Positions 25,078 to 32,000 of a stretch of DNA of 32,000 nucleotides are shown one piece after another. A model generated the notes under the pieces. It had not been told where the DNA came from and did no database searches. It saw only the letters and a program-made list of their open reading frames with translations. The translations under genes were made by a program, and so were the position numbers. Numbering within the stretch: position 1 is the stretch's first letter; each line of letters opens with the position of its first letter. Origin of the DNA: Desulfotalea psychrophila LSv54 (GTDB lineage: Bacteria > Desulfobacterota > Desulfobulbia > Desulfobulbales > Desulfocapsaceae); NCBI RefSeq assembly GCF_000025945.1, contig NC_006138.1, positions 1,410,001 to 1,442,000 on the forward strand, read 5' to 3'.

Positions 25078-27723
25078 ATGAAAAAAGAAAGCATTGAAAA
25101 ACATCTACAGTGTTCTGTCCTCTTTCAAGATCTTTCTCCAGAGGAGATAGGTCGGTGCAGTGAGATGGCGATGGTGGAAATTGTGCCGATGGGGGAGTAT
25201 GTCTATCGACAGGGAGGGCAGACTGATCTGCTCTATCTTGTGGCAGTTGGTGAGGCAGAGCTTGTCTTTGAGTTTGATACCAGTAGTGTCAGCGCCGTTG
25301 GTCGGGTTGGACCTGGTGGCCATTTTGGTGAGACGGCCCTTCTTACCGGAAAACCTCATGCCGTGGCCGTTCGAGCCCTCTTTGATCTTGTCCTTCTCAT
25401 TTTTAAAGGCTCGTTTTTTAAGGATTTGCTTGAAAGAAATCAGTGTGTGCGCAGACGGGTAGACCTTTTTTTGGCAGAACGGTTGCGGGTGGCCTTTGCC
25501 GATCAGGCAGATATGTCACGAAAACAGATTGGCAGGCAGGATATTACCTTCGCCAGTGAGATGGTTTTGTTCAGGCAGAGAGGGACTGCCAATATTGATT
25601 TAGAGAAGGCCAGCGATCTTAACTCCGGCAAGAATGAGTATGTTGCCAGAACCAGTCGTCGAACCCATGCGGAAATAGATAGAATTGCCAGTAATCAGGA
25701 GCCGTTTTTTTTAAATGGGGAGGAGGGGACGGGCAGGACAATCATTGCCAAACAGATCCATCTGCAGTCGATTTGTGCCGATGCTCCCTATCGAGAGATT
25801 GATCTACGTGAATACCCCTCGGCGCTTCTTTTAGAAAAAAAGCTCTTTGGAGCAGCTCAGGATACCTATCCTTTTTTTCAAACTCAACAGGCCGGTTTCT
25901 TTGAGAAGACCTGTGGGGGCACCCTGGTTTTTTGTCATGTGGAGTTGCTTCCCATAAGTCTTCAGGAAAAGCTTCTTAAGGTGATTGCCAGCAGCGTCTT
26001 TACCCATCTTGATTCAAAGCAGCAGATAGCCATGCAGTCACGACTTGTCTTTATCAGTGACTTCAGCCTTACCTATTTACGGAATTCTGGCAAAATTATT
26101 CCAGAGTTTCTTGCCATTTTAGAAAGGCAAAAATTTACCGTTCCCGCCGTTCGTGAGCATAAAAAAGATTTACCCCAGCTGATAGACCACTATTTGAAGC
26201 GTTTTAGCAGGGAGTATGGCAAGGAGGTCACAGCTGTCAGCCCTGAGACCCTTGGGGTCTTGATGAACTATGATTGGCCGGGTAACCTCACTGAGCTGTC
26301 AACGGTAATACGACGGGCGGTGATGTTGGCTGCAACGGCCGAGGTTCATGCCGAGGAAATTTTACTGGGTCTGCCCAAGTCAGAGGGTAAGTGGGAGTTC
26401 AATCTTCTTCGTTTTCCCTGGGTGCGTAGCTTTATAACAAGCAAGAGGTTTCCCCAGGTACCACAGATAGTTATTGGTGGCGTTTTGCTTCTGGCTGTCT
26501 TTGTCCTCTTTTTTGGTCCACGCTCGGCCGAGGCCAATCTTGGACTGACTATTAGCTGGTCTATTGGCTGGCCTCTGATGTTCTTCTCCTTTTTCTTTCT
26601 GGCCAGAATCTGGTGCAGTGTTTGTTCCCTTGCCATGCCAGGTATGCTTTTGCAGAATATATTTCCCTCCAAGAGAAAGACACCGGCTTTTATCAAGAAA
26701 AACTCCGGTTGGCTTATGGCCATACTCTGTGTTCTGGTTTTTTGGGTGGAAATAGTCTGGGATGCCTATGAAAACCCCCTGCTTACTGGCATGATTATTC
26801 TTACTATCACCTTTGGTTCCATTATTTTTAGCCTTCTCTATTCAAGAAGGACATGGTGTCGCTATCTCTGTCCCTTAGGTGCGGTTAATGCCATCTTTGC
26901 CATGCCCTCTATTTTGGAACTGCGCTCAAATAAAGATGTCTGCCTGAATAAGTGTCAGGATCATGCCTGTTATGCAGGGGGAGAAGAGAGTGATGGCTGC
27001 CCCATGTTTCGTCATCCTTATCTTGTTGATAATAATAGAGATTGTATCATCTGTGGGGAGTGTGTAAAAAATTGTAATAATAGTGCCGTACAACTCAATT
27101 TGCGGATTGCCCCTCAGGAGCTCTGGAGTCTGCAGACGCCTCGTCTTGCCGATAGTTTTCTTATAGTTGCCCTCGGTGCCATCTTTTTTCCCTTTGCTCT
27201 GCACACTGATTTTGTGACAAAGGCCCGGGCTGTTCTCGGGCAGCTGGAGTTTTTTTGGGGAGTGAATATTCCCTATGGCCTTGGTGCGACCCTTATTTTT
27301 TTTCTTTTGATCCTCTTCGCCTTTAGTCTCTACTATGGAATGGCTACTGCTCAGGCAAGGTTTGCCGGGGGGGGGAGAGAGAAGATTGCTGCCCTGTTAG
27401 GTTACGGTTTTATCCCTGTCGTTTTAGGCGCTTATCTTGCTATTCATCTTGAAATATTTGTCGTCGGTGCAGGCAGGCTTATCCCTCAGCTAGAGGCCAT
27501 GATGGGTTGGGCTGTATCCTATGAAAACTGGCAGCTCATGAACGATGACAGTACCTTGGTATTACAGGTCATATCAATATTTGGTGGTCTCTTTGCCTCC
27601 ATGTACGCCATCTATCGTATTATTGAAAGATTACTGGAGCCCATCTCCATCAGCTCTCGTGCCCTTGTTCTGCCCTACTCTTTTTTGCTTCTCCTTACAA
27701 TTAGTTATCTCTCTATGCTTTAA
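25078..27723 (+). CDS. fusion protein: cyclic-nucleotide-binding domain + degenerate sigma54-interaction-type AAA+ domain + polytopic membrane domain with NapH-like CX3CP and ferredoxin-type Cys clusters
   Basis: One uninterrupted frame 25027(TTG)..27723; the first ATG is at 25078. cNMP barrel: GEYVYRQGGQTDLLYLVAVGEAEL, GHFGETALLTGKPHAVAVRA. AAA+ region: GEEGTGRT, LFGAAQDTYPFF, GGTLVFCHVE, YDWPGNLTEL. About 9 TM helices follow, carrying RTWCRYLCPLG, CLNKCQDHAC..GCP and CIICGECVKNC. No HTH is present. Start uncertain (no SD before either candidate). Confidence 0.8.
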   Translation: MKKESIEKHLQCSVLFQDLSPEEIGRCSEMAMVEIVPMGEYVYRQGGQTDLLYLVAVGEAELVFEFDTSSVSAVGRVGPGGHFGETALLTGKPHAVAVRALFDLVLLIFKGSFFKDLLERNQCVRRRVDLFLAERLRVAFADQADMSRKQIGRQDITFASEMVLFRQRGTANIDLEKASDLNSGKNEYVARTSRRTHAEIDRIASNQEPFFLNGEEGTGRTIIAKQIHLQSICADAPYREIDLREYPSALLLEKKLFGAAQDTYPFFQTQQAGFFEKTCGGTLVFCHVELLPISLQEKLLKVIASSVFTHLDSKQQIAMQSRLVFISDFSLTYLRNSGKIIPEFLAILERQKFTVPAVREHKKDLPQLIDHYLKRFSREYGKEVTAVSPETLGVLMNYDWPGNLTELSTVIRRAVMLAATAEVHAEEILLGLPKSEGKWEFNLLRFPWVRSFITSKRFPQVPQIVIGGVLLLAVFVLFFGPRSAEANLGLTISWSIGWPLMFFSFFFLARIWCSVCSLAMPGMLLQNIFPSKRKTPAFIKKNSGWLMAILCVLVFWVEIVWDAYENPLLTGMIILTITFGSIIFSLLYSRRTWCRYLCPLGAVNAIFAMPSILELRSNKDVCLNKCQDHACYAGGEESDGCPMFRHPYLVDNNRDCIICGECVKNCNNSAVQLNLRIAPQELWSLQTPRLADSFLIVALGAIFFPFALHTDFVTKARAVLGQLEFFWGVNIPYGLGATLIFFLLILFAFSLYYGMATAQARFAGGGREKIAALLGYGFIPVVLGAYLAIHLEIFVVGAGRLIPQLEAMMGWAVSYENWQLMNDDSTLVLQVISIFGGLFASMYAIYRIIERLLEPISISSRALVLPYSFLLLLTISYLSML

Positions 27724-27874
27724 GGCCTTTCCTCACGTTCAATGTCCTTTTTCAGGGCAGAGTAAAAAGATTTTACAAAAATGAATAGATCATAATAAAC
27801 AAAGAGTTAACTGATATTTCTTGCAGTAAATATTTTTAGGAATAATTTTTTTTGTTTATTACTTCATTTCGGGC

Positions 27875-27891
27875 GATATATATGATATATC
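27875..27891. promoter_or_regulatory. inverted repeat GATATAT-ATG-ATATATC in the AT-rich region upstream of the third AGCS gene
   Basis: Perfect 7-bp arms with a 3-nt spacer, 160 nt upstream of ATG 28051. Function unknown. Confidence 0.25.
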
Positions 27892-28050
27892 TAATTAATA
27901 TCTTTAATCTTGTCAGGAAAAATCTCTTTTTCACGTAACTAATATATTATAAGTATTATTGCATTAAAAATTGTTGGTATGGCTTAGGCTGTTTTTCTAA
28001 GCCTTTCTAGGGGCAGACAACCCCTCATCAAACAAGAGAGAGGAGAACGA

Positions 28051-29403
28051 ATGGATTTCATTGCAACGCTAGACGTCTTTATTGGGAAAATCAACGCCTT
28101 TGCTTGGGGACCACCAATGCTCATCTTGCTTGTTGGTACAGGTTGTTGGTTGACCTATAAGCTTCGTGGTTTACAGTTTAGAAAACTTGGTCATGCCCTG
28201 TGGCTTGCCTTTGTAAAACGTAAGGCTGATGATGATGAACCTGGTGATATTTCTCACTTTGCGGCACTGATGACGGCCCTTTCAGCAACGGTGGGTACAG
28301 GTAATATTGCCGGAGTGGCAACAGCAATCGCCATTGGCGGACCAGGAGCCCTCTTCTGGATGTGGATGACTGGTCTTGTCGGTATGGCAACCAAGTATTC
28401 CGAGGCTATCCTGGCTGTAAAGTATCGGGTTAAAGATGAAAAGGGTGAGATGTGTGGTGGCCCGATGTACTATATTGCCCGGGGTCTGAATATGCCCTGG
28501 CTTGGAGTTGTTTTTGCCGTATTTGCCTCAATTGCCGCCTTCGGTATTGGTAATATGGTTCAGTCAAACTCGGTGGCCGATGCCATGGAGTCCACCTTTG
28601 GCATTGAGCCAATGATCACCGGCCTTGTTCTTATGGCATTTACCGCTGCAGTTATCCTCGGTGGTATCAAGTCTATTGGTCGGGTAACCAGTATTATCGT
28701 TCCTGCCATGATTGCCTTCTATACCCTTGGCGCCCTTTATATCATTTTTAGCCATATCAGCATGGTGCCTGCAGCCTTTGTTACCATCGTAAAGTTAGCC
28801 TTTAACCCAACTGCCGCAACCGGTGGCTTTGCCGGTGCAACTATCATGCTTGCCATTCGTATGGGTGTTGCCCGTGGTGTTTTCTCCAATGAATCTGGTT
28901 TGGGCTCGGCTCCTATCGCAGCGGCTGCGGCGAAAACCAAGAGTCCTGCAACCCAGGCACTTATCTCCATGACCCAGACCTTTATTGATACCATCATTGT
29001 CTGTACCATGACGGGCTTGGTTATTGTTATCTCAGGTCTCTGGAAAACTGGTCTCACCGGCGCGGAGTTGACGGCTAAGTCCTTTGAGGCAACTATGCCC
29101 GGTGGTGCCTATGTGGTTACCATTGGTATTATTTTCTTTGCTTACTCCACCATGCTCGGCTGGTGTTACTACGGTGAGAAGTCCATTGAGTATCTCTTTG
29201 GTACCAAGGTCATTTTGCCATATCGTTTGGTCTTCGTCTGTTTTGTTGGTCTTGGGGCGGTGGCAAAGCTCAGCTTTGTCTGGAATCTCTCCGATACTCT
29301 CAATGGTCTGATGGCTATTCCAAACTTAATTGGTCTTCTTCTCCTTACCCCTGTTATTGTCTCTGAAACTAAGAAGTATTTTGGTAAAGACAAGGAGCTG
29401 TAG
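28051..29403 (+). CDS. sodium:alanine symporter family (AGCS) transporter, third and divergent copy
   Basis: 450 aa. AGCS signature [42 protein letters not shown] and [26 protein letters not shown] at 28041-28045, 5 nt before the ATG. Confidence 0.9.
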   Translation: MDFIATLDVFIGKINAFAWGPPMLILLVGTGCWLTYKLRGLQFRKLGHALWLAFVKRKADDDEPGDISHFAALMTALSATVGTGNIAGVATAIAIGGPGALFWMWMTGLVGMATKYSEAILAVKYRVKDEKGEMCGGPMYYIARGLNMPWLGVVFAVFASIAAFGIGNMVQSNSVADAMESTFGIEPMITGLVLMAFTAAVILGGIKSIGRVTSIIVPAMIAFYTLGALYIIFSHISMVPAAFVTIVKLAFNPTAATGGFAGATIMLAIRMGVARGVFSNESGLGSAPIAAAAAKTKSPATQALISMTQTFIDTIIVCTMTGLVIVISGLWKTGLTGAELTAKSFEATMPGGAYVVTIGIIFFAYSTMLGWCYYGEKSIEYLFGTKVILPYRLVFVCFVGLGAVAKLSFVWNLSDTLNGLMAIPNLIGLLLLTPVIVSETKKYFGKDKEL

Positions 29404-29455
29404 ATCTTTAAAAAAGAGATGCCCTGTAAACTATGATTTGTGGGCAGTAGTAGGT

Positions 29456-29500
29456 AAAGGGCCACAGTTTCTTAAGAGACTGTGGCCCTTTTTGCTTTTT
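29456..29500. terminator. rho-independent terminator after the third AGCS gene
   Basis: AAAGGGCCACAG-(12 nt)-CTGTGGCCCTTT stem followed by TTGCTTTTTT. Abuts the stop of the doubtful minus-strand ORF 29500..29805. Confidence 0.85.
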
Positions 29501-29805
29501 TAGAATCTCCTGGATAGGCAGGTAACACCTTTTTCACAAGGGCAATTATTGTCTTCCAGAGTTCGTCTCTCATTTATCTGATAAAAAAGGGCTTCAGCCA
29601 TATCTGCCATTGACTTCAGGATGGGAGAAGTTGTCTGTCGTCGTCCTATGTTCCCACTCTTCTGTTCGCGTCCTGTACAGATGGCGGCTACGGCTGGTTC
29701 AACAAAGAAATGATGGATGGGGGCTTTGTCAGGACATGGATGCATGATAGGATAAAGGGTAAGCCAGTCGTTTTTTTTTTGCCTCATGAGCCAGGGATGG
29801 GGCAA
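29500..29805 (-). CDS. hypothetical Cys-containing small protein (doubtful)
   Basis: The only ORF of 60 aa or more in a 450-nt gap. TTG start (ATG at 29787 is in frame), no convincing SD, no family recognised. Contains an A10 run (29771-29780) near the 5' end. The stop abuts a terminator hairpin. Confidence 0.3.
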   Translation of the reverse strand: MPHPWLMRQKKNDWLTLYPIMHPCPDKAPIHHFFVEPAVAAICTGREQKSGNIGRRQTTSPILKSMADMAEALFYQINERRTLEDNNCPCEKGVTCLSRRF

Positions 29806-29854
29806 TCTCGCTGTTTAATATCTTGATTAATCACTGTTTATAAGGTGGCGATTT

Positions 29855-30703
29855 ATGAAGGATGAGAGAAAAATTAAATTGATATTAACCCGTCAACCGA
29901 TCACGGAGGGTGCAGGGGTTCATTTGAACCGGCTGTTTGGACACAACGAGGCCCCGACCTTGGATCCCTTTCTGCTCCTCGATGATTTCCGTTCTGACAA
30001 GCCCGAGGATTATCTGCAGGGTTTTCCGTGGCATCCTCACCGTGGTATCGAGACAATTACCTATGTGCTGAAAGGTGATGTGGAACATGGAGACAGCCTG
30101 GGCAACAGGGGGGTTATTTCTTCGGGGGATGTGCAATGGATGACCGCCGGCAGCGGTATTATCCATCAGGAGATGCCGAAAGGGGATGCTCAGGGCGCCA
30201 TGCATGGTTTTCAGCTATGGGCCAATCTGCCGGCATCCCAGAAAATGATGGCCCCAAAATATCGCGACATCACGGCTGGCCAAGTGCCGGAGGTTGAAGT
30301 TGGCAACGGTATTTGTATCAAGGTCATTGCAGGTAATATTGCCGGCGTGCAGGGGCCCATGGATGATATTGTCATTGATCCTGAATACTTTGATTGCTCT
30401 GTGCCGGTCGGTGAGACCTTTGTCCATAAAACAGATCCAGGCTACACGGCCTTCGTCTATGTTATCGCCGGAAAAGGAGAAACCGATGGTACAGATGTTG
30501 AGAATGGAACATTGGTTCTTTTCGATCAGGGAGAACAACTGTCGGTAAAGGCCCTGGATGAGTCTCTGAGATTCCTGCTCTTAACAGGCAAACCGCTGGC
30601 TGAGCCTGTGGCCTGGCAGGGCCCCATTGTCATGAATAGCCAGGCTGAACTGACAACGGCATTCCTGGAATACCAAGATGGTACCTTTATCAAAAATAGA
30701 TAG
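29855..30703 (+). CDS. pirin family protein
   Basis: 282 aa. Pirin cupin motif FPWHPHRGIETITYVLKGDVEHGDSLGNRGVISSGDVQWMTAGSGIIHQE. AAGGTGG SD before ATG 29855. Confidence 0.9.
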   Translation: MKDERKIKLILTRQPITEGAGVHLNRLFGHNEAPTLDPFLLLDDFRSDKPEDYLQGFPWHPHRGIETITYVLKGDVEHGDSLGNRGVISSGDVQWMTAGSGIIHQEMPKGDAQGAMHGFQLWANLPASQKMMAPKYRDITAGQVPEVEVGNGICIKVIAGNIAGVQGPMDDIVIDPEYFDCSVPVGETFVHKTDPGYTAFVYVIAGKGETDGTDVENGTLVLFDQGEQLSVKALDESLRFLLLTGKPLAEPVAWQGPIVMNSQAELTTAFLEYQDGTFIKNR

Positions 30704-30796
30704 TTTGGGGTCGGCATGCATCTGTCATCACTGGACTATTTTAAGTGAGTATTGAACTCTTTGTTAAGCGATCATTTAAAAGAGAAGGGAGAAACC

Positions 30797-31726
30797 ATGA
30801 GCTCAAAATTTGACCAAAATCCAGTGGCAGCCGGTGATTTGCGTGCCTTTTTAATCGAAAAACCTGAAACGGTGCTCATCGATCTGTTGCCCCCGGAACA
30901 TTTTGTCAGCCGCCATGTCCCCGGTGCCCAAAATGCCTGTGTGTTTCACGTTTCATTTTTGGATGATTTAGCAGCTATCGTTTCAGATAAACGGCTTCCA
31001 ATTGTAGTTTATGGTTCCAGCGTCCGTAGCCGTGATGCAGCAGTGGCGCTTGAGAAGATGGATCGGGCCAACTTTGAGCAGGTCTCATTTCTTAAAGGGG
31101 GAGTTGAGGCATGGCATGGAGCTGGATATGACCTTGAGGGGGAGGCTCCTTATCAGCAGGATCTGCAGACGATGGTGAACTTAACCGACGGGCAATACAC
31201 GGTTGACTGTGAGGCAAGTGAGTTGGAATGGGCCGGGCGTAATCCAAATTGCCGTCATATTGGCACGGTGGATATTGCCAGGGGCGAGATTGAGATCAAA
31301 GGTAGCGTTATCACCGGTGCGATTGAAATTGATATGAACACCATTCATAATATCAACTTGGAAGGAGATGAATTACAGCCGGTGCTGGAAGCTCATCTGC
31401 GCTCGGACGATTTTTTCTTTACCAAAATGTTTCCCAAGGCGGTATTAAGCATCAGGCAAGTTAAACGGATTGAACCGTGTTGGTTGACCGGCCCCAATCA
31501 CCATGTCAAAGCTGAGTTGAGTTTGCGGGGTGTTTCAGTCGACCTTGAATTTGATGCCACCGTTGCCCTCATTGAGGGTGATTCTTTCGTTTTGGAGGCC
31601 CATTTCGATATTGATCGGACGCGTTGGAATGTGATCTATGGATCAACCCGTTTTTTCGAGTATTTGGGGATGCATAAGGTTTTTGACTTGATCAGTTTGC
31701 AATTGCGATTGGTTGCCGGTCACTAA
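30797..31726 (+). CDS. rhodanese-homology domain (no active-site Cys) fused to a YceI-like domain
   Basis: ORF 30752..31726. ATG 30797 has an AAGGGAG SD 5 nt upstream. The N-terminal ~120 aa is rhodanese-like (LIDLLPPEHFVSRHVPGAQN ... PIVVYGSSVRSRDAAVALEKM ... LKGGVEAWHGAGY), with Gly where the catalytic Cys normally sits. The C-terminal ~190 aa is YceI-like (YTVDCEASELEWAGR..H.GTV, LRSDDFFFTKMFPKAVL, AELSLRGVSVDLEFDATV, FDIDRTRWNV). No signal peptide. Confidence 0.7.
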   Translation: MSSKFDQNPVAAGDLRAFLIEKPETVLIDLLPPEHFVSRHVPGAQNACVFHVSFLDDLAAIVSDKRLPIVVYGSSVRSRDAAVALEKMDRANFEQVSFLKGGVEAWHGAGYDLEGEAPYQQDLQTMVNLTDGQYTVDCEASELEWAGRNPNCRHIGTVDIARGEIEIKGSVITGAIEIDMNTIHNINLEGDELQPVLEAHLRSDDFFFTKMFPKAVLSIRQVKRIEPCWLTGPNHHVKAELSLRGVSVDLEFDATVALIEGDSFVLEAHFDIDRTRWNVIYGSTRFFEYLGMHKVFDLISLQLRLVAGH

Positions 31727-32000
31727 ATCCGGATAGCTGGCAGGGACGGGCTTGCTAGCCCCGTTCCTACCATACGAGCTATACTTGAAATGAGAACCAT
31801 TGGCAAAGGACCGCGAAAACTTCGTTGCCGCTCCAGCGGCTGGTTCGGGTATCCTGGCTGAGAATTTAGTTGTTTCTTGTGCAGTGGCTGGAGCATCTCA
31901 TCGAGATTGGGGCCATTTTTTTCGTTTACTCTTGAGAGAAACTCCAGGCGATGAACCGGCTTATCTTCTGGCCCTGGGCCATTTCCACAACCTTGATTCG

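Noticed and set aside
25027-27723. Reading the cNMP-binding + TM protein as a Pycsar/CBASS-type antiphage effector
   Set aside because: There is no nucleotide cyclase, CD-NTase or other defence gene adjacent. The neighbours are leuB and an amino-acid transporter. The membrane domain carries conserved Fe-S motifs rather than simple pore-forming helices.
31741-31800. tRNA-like sequence on the minus strand (ATAGCTCGTATGGTAGGAACGGGGCTAGCAAGCCCGTCC)
   Set aside because: It resembles a D-arm, but the anticodon stem is imperfect. No T-arm (GGTTCGAATCC-like) or acceptor pairing can be built, and the 3' part would run into the rhodanese-YceI coding sequence. It is more likely just an imperfect hairpin after that gene.
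31925-31999. Possible 3' end of a minus-strand gene entering from the right edge (…RIKVVEMAQGQKISRFIAWSFSQE-stop)
   Set aside because: Only 24 codons are visible, which is too short to tell from chance or to assign. There is likewise a possible minus-strand ATG at nt 9-7 at the left edge that cannot be evaluated.

Overview
About 32 kb of densely coding, moderate-GC bacterial chromosome (the printed sequence ends at 31999 by my count). I support 25 protein-coding genes. I saw no rRNA, tRNA, CRISPR array, transposase, integrase or phage gene. The gene content (ferredoxin-dependent 2-oxoacid oxidoreductase, AhbD-type radical SAM heme enzyme, many Fe-S proteins) suggests a strict anaerobe, possibly a Desulfobulbaceae-like deltaproteobacterium; that is inference only. 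Layout: (1) iorA-iorB-paaK-ACT, then livHMGF-paaK' (372-9709), an arylpyruvate/arylacetate module with an embedded ABC importer; (2) rph; (3) two tandemly duplicated sodium:alanine-symporter-family (AGCS) genes; (4) a Cache-type chemoreceptor convergent with cstA; (5) a minus-strand ahbD-like radical SAM / hemE / HD-hydrolase operon; (6) hisD-rsmG and leuB; (7) a monocistronic 881-898 aa fusion of a cNMP-binding domain, a degenerate sigma54-type AAA+ domain and a NapH-like membrane polyferredoxin domain; (8) a third AGCS gene; (9) a doubtful small ORF, a pirin and a rhodanese-YceI fusion. Most of this is ordinary core metabolism and I see no defence or mobile island. The most unusual item is the fusion protein at 25027-27723. 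Next come the hemE/ahbD-like linkage, a noncoding palindromic element conserved downstream of both duplicated AGCS genes, the ABC importer with no binding-protein gene, and several homopolymer and palindrome structures in intergenic regions. All calls come from motif recognition by eye; no searches were run.
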